This document shows, piece after piece, positions 24,109-36,022 of a stretch of 64,000 bases of DNA (positions are counted from its first letter, which is position 1; every line of letters starts with the position of its first letter). Both the position numbers and the translations under genes were made by a program. The notes below the pieces were generated by a model. The model worked only from the letters and a program-made list of their open reading frames with translations, was not told where the DNA came from and made no database searches. Origin of the DNA: Neoechinorhynchus agilis (Eukaryota > Animalia > Acanthocephala); assembly GCA_051530055.1 (NCBI GenBank), contig CM121341.1:18144784-18208783 (forward strand), given 5' to 3'.

Positions 24109-26821
24109 TTATCTATCGACCTCTCCAAACACAATGTCCATTCCGCCTATGCGCAATAGAAGCAAATTCTCAATCGTTCATTTGATCGGACTTACCCATA
24201 ACAGCTACTAAATCAGCAATTAATAGGTTTCGAACAAGTTTGTCCAATGCCGCTAAATGCAAAAATCCAGGCGCTTTAACATGAACGCGGTAGGGTCTGC
24301 TGGATCCATCAGAAACTAAATAGATCCCCATTTCTCCTTTAGGTGCTTCGATTGCCGTGTATGTCGATCCAGGAGGAACCACAAACCCTTCGGTGTACAG
24401 CTTGAAATGGTGAATAAGGGCTTCCATCGATTCCTGAAAGGATGGCAAATGAGAAATCTTTCTTTTTGTAACTACTCAAACAGTACCAACCTTCATTATG
24501 GCTCGTTTCGGTGCACAAATCTTAGCATCATCGACCTTGATATCACCGGGTGGCATTTTGTTCAAGCACTGCTGAATAATTTTAACGCTTTGCCTCATTT
24601 CTTCGACCCTGCAAAAGAATCGGTCGTAACTGTCACCGTTTGTACCCACGGGAACATCAAATTCAACTTCTTTGTATTTTAGATACGGCTGCGTTTTCCT
24701 CAAATCCCACTTGACCCCAGATGCTCTTAACATTATTCTGAAGCATGGATGTTGCATTTGTAGGACCCCATGCCGGAACATCCTTGCCCAGATCGCATAC
24801 TCCACTAAAACCGCAATCAAGCGCCAACTGCACAGGCACAACGCCAATATCAACTGTTCTCGAAATCCAAATGCGATTCTCTAATAGAAGATCGCACAGG
24901 CTATCGAGTCTGTAAATAAATTTACTGCACCAAGCGTAAATATCATCAAGGAGTCCAAGAGGGAGGTCTTGGGCTACACCGCCTGGTCTGATGTAATTTG
25001 CATGCATTCTAGCTCCTGAAACACGTTCATAGAACTCGATAAGCTTCTCACGTTCTTCGAAAAACCAAAACACGGGAGTTAAAGCTCCAATGTCCAGAAC
25101 GTGCGATCCAGCACCAAGACTGTGACTCATAATTCTAGTAATCTCACTATAGAGAGCTACACGAAGCAATCATTTCCCCAGAAACACGAAACAAAACACC
25201 TACTTCTTATCCACTGAGCCCTTTCGGGAACTTCGATACCTAATATATTCTCTATCGCCATGCAGAAAACCAATTCATTGGTCATCATCGACATGTAATC
25301 AAAACGATCCATGTATGGAAGAGCCTTCGAAAAAGGATATCCATCTTTTAAACAATCAAATATAGTATATGACATTTTAGCGATTTCCGCTTGATTATAT
25401 AAGTTAGTATTCTTACAGAATGGAAAATCGAAAATAGACTAATACTAGTCCGCCCAAGGAAACTAGAATCTCAGCAAAATGCTTAGTTCCACATACTTGG
25501 TTCGGAAAATATATCAAACCAGCCGAAAACAATAACTAAAGTTAGAATTGTAGTGAAGATACTTTCGCTTAAAACACGAAATCCAAAATGCGCTGACAAT
25601 GATGAGGCGAAGCTTCCTTGCGAAATATTTCTTAACAATAAAATACCTCTTAACCGGGAGTATCTTCACTACAATTCCAGATTTTCTCTGTATGATTAAT
25701 GACTAAAATATTCGTTTGCTCTTTTTTCAATAAAATTCCTATCAGCGAAATCGGTATACTGGAAATCAAAGATTTAATGCATATTTCTTCTGAAAAAACT
25801 TGCTTAAAATTATATCTCTTACTTTAAAAAACAACGACTGAATAAACATTCTTTAAAAATTTTGCTAGCAAAGTCACTACATTGGAAAATATGCTAAGTA
25901 GTACATTTACCCTTTTTTCTAAAATTCCCATCAGTGCAATCGGTACACCGAAAATCAAAGATTTAATACATTTCTTCTTTTGAAAAAAAACTTGCTTAAA
26001 ATTATATCTCTTACTTTAAAAAACAACGATTGAATCAAAATCACTGCATTGGAAAATATGCTTTATAGTGCATTTACACTTTTTTCTAAAATTCCCATCA
26101 GTGCAATCGGTACACCGAAAATCAAAGATTCAATGTGTACTTCTTTCTACGAAAAAAGTGTTCCTATTTAAATTTTCCCTCTTCTTCAAACTTCTTATCA
26201 CCTAAATTACTCCTGTTTCATTCTTACAAGCTGAGTATTTTCCTGTCAAACAAGAAACACGATTGGGAACAAGAGCCCACGTTTGTAAAAGTCACCCAAA
26301 GACGAATAGACTTTAAGATTATTCACTGATCAAAATAATAGACATTGGATAAAATGCTTTCCCAGAAAATTTTTACCTGCAAATACGTCTTGAATTCCAT
26401 CAACTTTTCAGTTCCACGATGAAGAAGACCCACGTGAGGATCCGCTCTTTTTATCATCTCACCGTCCAATTCAAGAATCAGCCTTAGAACGCCATGAGCA
26501 GCAGGATGTTGAGGTCCAAAATTTAAGGATAGATTTTCAATCTTGGATTCGTTTCTCAGGTTCTTTGGATTAAGAGGTGGAAACTTCCATTTACTAGTCA
26601 AAGGGTCGGGACAAAGGACAACGGATTCGTGTATCTCTTTTATATCGCGCGGTTCGAGATAGAATGCTTTGCCTCTGAACAAAAAACCATTGTATTGAAG
26701 CACCGCTTAAAATACAGGCAAACCTGCTCCAAATTGTATTCAATGCGTTGGACGAAACGGTCAATCTATTTAGAAAACACCGCCCAGCATACTGCTGCCC
26801 TAATGAGCTCCAGATAATCAT
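24109..26821 (-). CDS. NDUFS2: NADH:ubiquinone oxidoreductase 49-kDa subunit, nuclear-encoded with a probable mitochondrial presequence, 7 exons
   Basis: [71 protein letters not shown]; Arg-rich, acid-free N-terminus. Confidence 0.95.
25720..26140 (+). repeat. Diverged tandem repeat (~2.3 copies, periods 189 and 167 bp) inside the long NDUFS2 intron
   Basis: aaaattcc(c/t)atcag..aatcggta.ac.g.aaatcaaagatt at 25732, 25921 and 26088. Confidence 0.8.
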
Positions 26822-27568
26822 CTACAATCGCACGGACCACTAAAATGAGAACGAATTCAATGAACGTGTGCAGAATGCCACAGCAAGGCAATGATCCCTT
26901 TCACGACCGGAAGAAATTTCCATTTTGATGTTCATATGAGCTATCCGAAAAGAGCACGGCGAACGTTGATCTTATGATTTATGGATTAGTCGATTTTTTA
27001 AATTCTTTTGACCGTTGTTTCTTGCATTAGGCGGCTGGATTTCATAATAAGTCAGATGCTTGTGAATTCTCGTTTTATTGACAAATTACTACCACGTTCA
27101 ACAAGCAGCGGTTCATTTGATTTTATTGCGTTAATAAGGAACTTCGCATAGTAATAACGAACATTTTGGACTTGCCCAAACTTCTACTTCGCCACAATTG
27201 AGGCATCGATCATTAGGGTTATGACCATATTATTTTAACTTCTGATCGACCTGTCGCACGGCCTGTCACGAGATAAGGTCCGCGTTCAGCTCCCCCGTTA
27301 CTGGATTGGCACCACGGGGAGGAACGGATTCGCCCCCATTTCACCACAATTGAGGATGACAATTAAATAAATTTGGACTATATCACACTGTCTTGACCGA
27401 TAACACCGATATTGTTATCTTAAATGGAAGCCGTCCGCTTTACAATACTGTTGATTTCGGTGAACCACCCCCTCCCTGAGGTTGTAGACAAAATTCCGCA
27501 CCGAAAATTCGGGTAACCTAGTCTAATGAAAGCAAAAACGAACGAAATCATGAATAACCTAGACGAGG

Positions 27569-27762
27569 AACATTTCAAATCGAATGGCAATGCGAAGTTG
27601 AAGATCCTCCTCGGCGAAAATATCTTGTATTTCTTGGAGGTTCCATGCTAGCGAACGTCACGAAGAATACGGATGATATGTGGATCACTAAATCCGATTA
27701 CGAAGAGAAGGGCGTTCATTATTGTTTACAGAAACTAAATCAGCCTTTGCTGGCCTAAATTT
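27569..27762 (+). pseudogene. Orphan duplicate of the ARP2 last exon plus part of the preceding intron
   Basis: Near-identical to 31982-32181 ([22 protein letters not shown]...LNQPLLA*); includes the intronic aacatttcaaatcga; the splice acceptor is degraded. Confidence 0.85.
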
Positions 27763-29880
27763 TGAAATTTTTTTCTTGTTGCAAAGTGGTCCTTAAGTTT
27801 CATATTTTTAAATCATTCGTACTATATCGCAGATTGTCCGGCTCAACACAAATTTCATCACTGGATTTTAAAAAACTGAAGCTTGGACTTGTTCGAAGAT
27901 ATTTGTCACACGAAACTTTAGAATAAAACAATACATCTAAAAACGAGTTCTCCACTTAGTATTATGTCGGAATATGTTTTATTTGCTTTTCTACGTCATG
28001 TACCAGAATTCTTCATGTAGGAAGATGATGATGTTCATGAAAGACCTATTGGCAACGAAAATAAATATATCTGTACTACACGAATTTAAATATGTTTATC
28101 CAACAGTGCGATTTTTTCATCATAGGGGACTATGCGAATTAATAGAGTTCGAGAAAATAAGCCAATTGTCTTCACTACTTCATTCAAGTGATTTAAAATA
28201 AATTTCGCATTGTTATCTAATCGTATAAAGAGGCTTGAAGGTAATCAGAGATTATCTAAAATTCTGCATTTGAATGTTTGTGCTTTACGCGAAATTTAGA
28301 CGCTAGATTCTAAATAGTCTTACTGTAATGTTTCTCATGCTTATTTTGAGTGCCAACACAAAACGCAGCCTAATTCATTTCGATCGCGATTAAACCCGCA
28401 GAGCCAAATGACTAATTGGAAGGAATTTTATAGAAAACTGTTTGTTATATACGAACTTGTTGTATTATTATATACAAAAACTTCTGAGCAATCATTATAA
28501 ACCGTTCTTTTATAAATAAAATAGGTTTTCGTCTGTTTGCCAAATTGATCCTAGACGGACTCTGAAATGTCACTGAAATCTTCGTTATAGTACTCTATTT
28601 TATCATGGACGTAACAAGCAAATCGCCATCACGCGAATTTTGAAAAGATAAACTTATAATTTATCTCTTGCTCAAATAATAATCCGCTCTATAAATTATT
28701 CGCTTTCCACTAGGGAGTCTCGGATAAATGAAACATTGATTAGAGAACGACTAATAATGTTTTCGACTGCAATGAGCATTCTTCTTTAGTTCAAGATTTT
28801 GCTCGCTTTAACAAATCAGCATTCTTTTGACATTACGAATGCATAAGTTTTGTGAACACTCGGATGGCTTCAGTGAAATTATAAAATGATAAGCACCAGA
28901 TTTCTTGACGGGATAACCAAATTAACGGCTTTTTTGGATAAAATTTTGCGAAAAAATAGTAGACTTATTACAGTGAACGGTTAATTCATTATATGTACAA
29001 AGGACAACGAAGGTTCAATGGGAAGCATTTAAATTTATTCATAGGTGTTCAGCGGGAATGCATGTGAAGAATATATTCCATTTCGAGTTTGCGACTGCCT
29101 GCTAATCTTAGGTTTATGATGACTGGTGATCTACTTAATTTGGCTAGAGAAGACTAATTAATTTACTCAATGCATTTTTGTGATGAATGTTATAGATATT
29201 CGAATAGTTTGGGTTGAGCACATTTTATCATCCGGTTGCGTAGAATTGAAGCACGCTAAAGATGTATAGTTCCAGTATTCATTGCAACCCATTCATTGGT
29301 CTTAAACATTATCACTTCATTTTCTCTTGTATTTCCTTCTGTTTGGGGCATATCGCATTTGACTTATAGCGGTCGTTTTTGGGAGCCTGAGATTAATTTG
29401 GAATCGACCTCTTCCGAAAACGGAGTGATCCGTAACCCTCTAAATTTCTGGGCTATCAAATAACCGATGAAAGATTAAATTCCAAAGATAAATTGTTTTG
29501 AAATAGTTTTAAACGCGTAAATACTTGTTTATGGCGGAAAAATCTATTGAGTTTTATTATTAGGAAATATTTCGAGAGGAAACCTCGTCTCATCAATTAT
29601 TTTAAATTAATCTAATCGACAATAAACTGATTTTTAACCGGAATTATCTTCACCACAAGTCAAAATTTACCATCCCGATGGATTTTCTCGATATGATTAA
29701 TCTAAGAACTGTATTAAATCCGATATTTCGGCACAATATCGTACCTTCATCAAGGTTCTCGCGAAATTGACCAAAGAAATGAACCTTTGTTTAATCAGCA
29801 CTCATCGGCATTGAATTTCATCGGGGAGCATAACAATTTTCTTATAGTCTATCCATTTTAGTCCACTTTTTTTAATTAGC

Positions 29881-30125
29881 GGATCGAGGTGGATAAGATG
29901 CACACCATTTAGAGGTTGCACGTTTATTTCTAAGAAAGTTTGTCTTATTCATAAACAGTGGTAGCTACTGCGACGTAAAGACCATATTTGGAATCATGGA
30001 TCGAGATGGATGCAACTTGGAGGTTGCACGGTTATTTTCTAATAAAGTTCATCTAATTCATTCACCATGATCGCTACCGCAAAAAGCACATATTTGGAGT
30101 CACCGAATTGAGATGGGCATGCACG
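29881..30125 (+). repeat. Diverged ~117-bp tandem repeat (~2 copies)
   Basis: ggatcgag(g/a)tggat...gaggttgcacg...catatttgga recurs at 29881 and ~29998. Confidence 0.6.
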
Positions 30126-30683
30126 AAATCACTTAATGCCCTGAAACAAACGGTTATGAGTTTGTGAATCCCACCGGATCCTCAGATACTTCCAGCAGGC
30201 GGTACTCATCAGTGAGTTTCTTCCTTCGGCAGTATTGCGTCCCCTTTGGTAGTGCGTCATCGGCGGTAACAGATTCGAACCCACTTGGCCACCTCGACAC
30301 AACTGCGGAATGTACAAACTCTACCAGTTTTGATTTTTAAATTCTGAGCCAGATGAACGATTGTATTTTTTAAGTCGGACCAGTCGGTAACTTTTCAGTA
30401 CCTATGTTTGACCTCATAGCTGATAATTTTTCCTTGGGCACACAATCCAAAGATCTGGTTCAAGGAATCCCATAAAATCACTTTAAAAAAATATGATCAA
30501 TTGAACCTCTTCGATTAAGACGTTTAATTGAACTAGAAATGACGCAGTGTAACTAAAAGAGAGTTGAAAGAATGCAATCAAAGTCAATAGCGGAGTGGTT
30601 TATCCTCAAGAAGTGAGTTGTTTATACAAAGTTGTCTCTATCGAAGCTCTGAAGGGGCAAGTTATAACGTGGTTGATTATTCA

Positions 30684-32177
30684 ATGGACATCAATGGATC
30701 GAGAGTGATTGTTTGTGATAATGGCACCGGTGTGAGTTTGTAGGTTCTTAGTGCCTTAAGGTTGTTAAATTTAGTTCATGAAATGCGGATTTGCTGGACA
30801 GAACTTGCCTCAAATCGTTCTACCCTCGATTGTAGGGGCGCCGATGATAAGGTCGTGTGTCCGAAAAGATTCTGCGCCCAATGTTACAGCCGTGAGTAAC
30901 TCATGTTCATAATCGAATATTCTTTATCTGTCCCAAGGACACTGTTATTGGAGAGGAAGCAAATGCTCAGCGCCAAATGCTTGATATCAGATATCCAATG
31001 AAGAACGGAGTTGTTCAAAATTGGAACGATATGACTTCCATTTATGAAAGCATTTTTTCTAAAAATTATCTGGACATTGATCCTCGGACGAGCAAAATTC
31101 TATTGACCGAAGCGCCATTAAATCCCATAAAGCGCTCTTGATTTCGAAACTTGAACAACGCTTAAAAGCTTTTGAAATCCATTAGCATAAAGAACCGAGA
31201 GAAAATGTTGGAAGTAATGATGGAACACTTTCAATTTAGAGGCTGCTACGTAGCAGTTCAAGCTGTACTTACATTATTTGCTCAGGGAGTGTCTACGGGC
31301 ATTGTTGTTGATTGTGGAGATGGCGTTACCCACGTCTGCCCCGTTTTTGAGAGCTTTTGTCTTAGCCATCTTGTTAAAAGGCTCGATATCGCCGGTCGAG
31401 ACATTACTGGATATCTTATAAAGGTTCGCGTTTTCATCGTGATGAAATTAGGATTTGACTCGTTTCTGTTTAGCTCCTTCAATCGCGAGGTTACTCGTTC
31501 AATCATTCAGCTGATTTTGAAACAGCTCGAACGATTAAAGAAAAACTTTGTTACGTAGGGGATGATCTCAGTGTTGAAAATAAATTAGCCGATGAAACAA
31601 CGGTTTTGAACAAAATTGTGACGGTTTGCCTGGAATGTATGGGTTTTTTCATGAAAATCTGCGTCTTAGCTTTCTGACGGGCGAGATATCAGACTGTCCT
31701 CTGAGCGGTTCTTCGCCCCCGAAGCATTGTTTAAACCTCATCTCATAAACATCGAAAGTCCAGGAATCCACGAGCTCATCTTCAAAACAATCATGGAATC
31801 TCCGATTGACGTCCGATCGTCGTTTTTAAAGCGAATTGTCCTCAGCGGCGGTTCAACTATGTTTCCAGGACTTTCTACAAGATTGGAGCATGAGCTCAGA
31901 GGACTTTATCTCAAGAATATTTTAAAAGGAGACAAAAGTCGCTTGTCGGTGAGTATTCATGTTTATGTTCTTCTTTCCTTAAACATTTCAAATCGATTAG
32001 CGATGTGAAATTGAAGTTGAAGATCCTCCTCGGCGAAAATATCTTGTATTTCTTGGAGGTTCCATGCTAGCGAACGTCACGAAGAATACGGATGATATGT
32101 GGATCACTAAATCGGATTACGAAGAGAAGGGCGTTCATTATTGTTTACAGAAATTAAATCAGCCTTTGCTGGCCTAA
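30684..32177 (+). CDS. ACTR2: Actin-related protein 2, 7 exons
   Basis: [82 protein letters not shown]; intron positions mostly match recalled animal ARP2 positions. Confidence 0.95.
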
Positions 32178-32234
32178 ATTTGGAAGAAGAGGTTTTCTTT
32201 TGATAAAATCGTTCAGCTTTTATAAATCAGCGAA

Positions 32235-32460
32235 TATTTTATTTCATTATTGAGCCAGACTGCTCAGGAAGCGCAGTGTGCCGTCCTCGAAGGCCGCAGC
32301 CATTCAAGAGACTCGATCACCTTTGGGAACAACCGAAACCGTCCCTGTATCACCGTAGACAGACTCGCCACTCCTCATCCTCTCAGATTGTGGCTTGCTT
32401 TCTGTTGGTGTAGAAAGTTGAGGTTCAAACTATAGAAATGATCGCCATGATTATGATATC
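32235..32460. repeat. Unclassified GC-rich dispersed repeat; related copies at ~38490-38715 and ~44667-44892
   Basis: gagcca(g/t)actgctcaggaagcgcagt...gaaatgatcgc.atga.tatgat is shared by three loci; this copy is the more diverged and is followed by further GC-rich sequence to ~32760. Confidence 0.8.
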
Positions 32461-33008
32461 AAGCTGCGTATGTGCGCGCCAGGGAAGTCCGTGGACTGAA
32501 ATGGCCGAAAAGAGCGCGTTAGCAACGCGCTGAATCCGGACGCAAAATCATGACCACACAATGGGAGAAGCATCACTCAGAGTGCCACAGCGACGGAGAA
32601 GTAAAACTCTCCACGCGAGTTAGGTTTGCGTCCAAACCCAGGCGGTTGGAAAGAGAAGGGGTGGTGCTTCTGTAGCCACAGAACTGCTCAACAGGCGGAC
32701 GTACGTTTCGATGTCGCTGCTTTAACACGCCTGAGGAAGCGGTAATCCAGGAAAAGCTCTGAAATAAAGATTTTATTTTTCTTTGATTAGAGTGCCCATT
32801 AAAAACAAAACATGTTCAATCATTCGGTTGGAAAATCAAATAGTATTTCACAAGATTTGGCGTACTTTTTTAAACGAAGAGAAAAATATTCGATCTAAGA
32901 ACGGTGTAAATGCATCTAATCACACTAGATAGCACGTAAAAATATTTTGGGCTTTTAAATTTCTACATAAAAATATTGATTTTAAGAGGTAGCTGATGCA
33001 CGATTATC

Positions 33009-33559
33009 TTATACGTAAAAATCACAGTAAATTTTTTTTATAATTAAACTAAATTTTACGATTGATCTCTTATCACTTGGTTTTTCTATAATCACTAAAA
33101 GCTTAAGGCCGTTTGCTAGTAAAAATATCAGTGTTGGAAAATCTTTTTCAACGATCATAGTTTCCTGAAATGTGAAGGCACTATTTGTTATTTTGCAACC
33201 ATCCAGTATTGCTAAATAACTTAAAAATAGATATTTTTCTGAACCACTTACAGTAGGCAGAATGCCAGAAAAATATAACGATTCTGGGATCAATTACGAT
33301 TCGGGTTGCGCAATCGACGGCGCGTGCTTTTTGCTTAAAATAGGAACTTATCAACATAGATGAAAAATGAGCACAGATGACTTTCTTCATACATCGTATT
33401 TTGTGTTAGTACAGATATGTCAACAACAAGATCTATGTGTATTATTGACAAAAATTCAAAGAGGTTTATAGTTTGCTCATTTAAGAGTCTTGCTCTTAGA
33501 GAAAGAAAGTTAAAATCAGTCAACACTTGATGGTAAAGAATTGTAAATATCTGCAACAT
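33009..33559 (-). CDS. Possible unassigned gene, divergent from the 33822 gene
   Basis: Overlapping 69-94 aa ORFs in AT-rich DNA; no family motif and no resolved splice structure. Confidence 0.2.
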
Positions 33560-33821
33560 TGATTAATATTAATTGAATAGCGAGACGCCGTTTGCGACAA
33601 CATTGAATAGGTAAAGACGAACTGATTAATGTACCGTTGTTCGATAAGTCAGCTTTCACGCTCTTGAATCACTCAAAAAGCCCTCATTTAGCTTGGTGCA
33701 AAGATTTCGATTTCTACTGCTCTTGATTATTTTACCGTGCGTGAAATTTTTGCAACTATCTTTTCGGACAATATAACGGTAGTCGCTTACGCGAAATCAA
33801 TCCGAAATTTAAGATTACACA

Positions 33822-35502
33822 ATGACTCACAAATCAACCCGCCATACTAGCAGTGGTCGAAAATGCGAATATTGTAGGCGCATGGAGGCTAATGCAAAAA
33901 GAGCTTCTTACCAAACTTTACCTTCCTCAGCCGGCACGACGAGTATGTTCATTTTGTTTCGACTAACCTTACATTCAATTAAGATCCTTATGTGGCAGAA
34001 ATTACGACAGGTGATATGGGAAAGTTTTCAGCTAAAACGGATCTGGAAGGTATTTTTAAAACATGTTGATAAATTATCTATCATACGCTAACCGTCCGAA
34101 GACTCCATCTTTTATCGCAAATATTTTGACGATCCTACCACAATTAACGATGGTAATGTGACCGACTCGTATCTCATGGAAGTACAAGGAGGTATTAAAA
34201 ATCATTCCCGGGAACAGGCGGAATGTATTTTTAGAGAACAAGTTTTTAATTTCATCCCGATTCCCGATTCTAGCGTATTAGTATTCGGCTGTGCTTTCAA
34301 AGTTAATTGGCGCCACCACCCTACAATGGACGTTTGTTCCACACAGTCCTATATTGTTCAATTTAAAGGCTACCTGAAAATTTTAATTTTAGCTACCATA
34401 CACCCACCTCCCTCAATTTCGAATTCGTACAAAACGGACAATTCAAAAAGGATAGGCGAAATACTTGCTTCCGAGCTGGAATCTTCAGTTGCTGATTTTT
34501 CGAAGCTGAATCAACGCGAGAACAAAAGGAAGTCTCATTTGCAACAGAAGGAAAAAAATCAACAAAATATTGCTCAAGATTTGGTAAAAATGGCTGTCGT
34601 AGAACCTAACCACGAATCGAATGATCATAAAATTTATTCAACTACAGTTACTTTCATCTGCAATGCGGATTGTAAACGAAATATGATGAATAGAATTATC
34701 AAGGCAAATTTTAGAAAAGAGGAGGATGTCTTGATTGCAGATCCACATATACGCTCTGAGAAATGTAAGGAATTAAGGGTGGTATCTCCGAGAAAAATGA
34801 GAGATGCGCTTCATACTAAGGTAAATATAACTTTTAGACAAAGTTCATAATTTCATCTGAACGATCTTAGAAAAACGAAGGTGAACAGATTCGCTGTAAT
34901 TTAAAGTATACTGGAATATTGAAACCTAATGACGCTCCGAAAGGTAGGCTAGGTACTTTTAAGTTTATGGATAAGTGTAGAAACTCATAAAATACATGCA
35001 GTACTTTTTCCTTCGTTCAATTTTAATCCTTTCGATAACATAGTTACGTATCGAAGATGAAAATTAAACGTCTCTTTAAGTTGTGAACCGGACAAAGGAT
35101 GCAAAAAACAAATGCGAACAATACGATGAACGCGAAAATCACCATAATGACTTACTTAGGCGATACAGGGAATTTGCTGACCGCTGTCGAAATATTCAAC
35201 TAAGGCGAAGATTTTGGCAGACGCAAAATGAGGGTGAGTGGTATTTACAATCGAGGATGTCGATTTATCAACAATTTATTTTAGAAATTCGAAATGAATT
35301 GGAGCAAATGTACGCGAATAAAGCGAAAACGACAACAAATGAGAAGCCCGAAGTAAACATAGGAGCACCCCCCCGGGCAACTAAGGATAGAAACTCATTT
35401 TCCGAATGCAACTTCAATGCATCCACCTCAACGCGTTTCGGAAAAGGTCGGATAAAACGACTGACTCAAATGTGGGAGAGGATTACAAAGGAAGAGTTAT
35501 GA
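33822..35502 (+). CDS. Unassigned multi-exon gene (~5 exons)
   Basis: ORFs 33822, 34158 and 35083 join in frame through GT-AG introns (..SAGTT/KITTGDMGKFSAKTDLE/DSIFYRKYF...HTK/YTGILKPNDAPK/VVNRTK...GRIKRLTQMWERITKEEL*). Confidence 0.6.
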
Positions 35503-35589
35503 GACGTTAGAAAATAGAAAAAATACCGAGAACAGTTCCAAGGGATTTTAGCTCGATTAGATTAAAACGTTCTCGCTTTATACTTTAGC

Positions 35590-35847
35590 GGAGACGGGAG
35601 GAGCAGCGAGTGCCGCCGAAAGGAGGAAAGCGGAGAAATACAATGAGCTGAAACAAAATTACATTTTCCTTCCTTTCGGCGTGGAGACACAAGGGGCGCT
35701 GGGATCTTCGGCACGAAGCTTTTGTGCCGAACTCGGAAGACGACTTGCAGCAGAAACAGGGGAGCGACGCGAGAGGATTTTCCTGATACAAAGAATAAGC
35801 CTCGCAATAAAACGAGGAAATGCGGTCAGCGTCCGGGGGACGATTTA
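35590..35847 (+). mobile_element. CRE-clade retrotransposon 3' fragment (end of the REL endonuclease)
   Basis: GGAASAAERRKAEKYNEL..FLPFGVETQGALG..LIQRISLAIKRGNAVSVRGTI*. Confidence 0.8.
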
Positions 35848-35975
35848 ATCATTTTAAAATTTTAAATAAACACAATTAAAAATGAAAAAAAATTAAGTAT
35901 TTGAAACAAACTGATTTAAACACCAGGTGGACCAAGGAATTTTCAATCATTTGGGAATTATTATAGCTTACACGC

Positions 35976-36022
35976 ATTAGACTGAAGAAGGCCTACACGA
36001 AGTCCGAAAATTATCAAATAAA
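35976..36022 (+). ncRNA. Minimal type I hammerhead motif (HHR-3)
   Basis: attaga-CTGAAGA-A-[ggcc tacacgaa gtcc]-GAAA-AT-TA-tcaaat with AATAAA at 36017; 5 of 6 helix I pairs, palindromic AATT, UUA triplet. Confidence 0.55.

Noticed and set aside
24109-26821. Bacterial nuoD or horizontal transfer (likewise for IDI)
   Set aside because: Spliceosomal introns, a presequence and animal-like sequence indicate native nuclear genes.
27261-27297. tRNA-Asp-like fragment (gcctgtcacg...gttcagctcccc)
   Set aside because: Only anticodon-arm similarity; no D-arm or acceptor stem and a poor T-loop.
30195-30216. CTGATGAG on the minus strand as a hammerhead core
   Set aside because: No helix II followed by GAAA; it is part of a small actca/tgagt hairpin.
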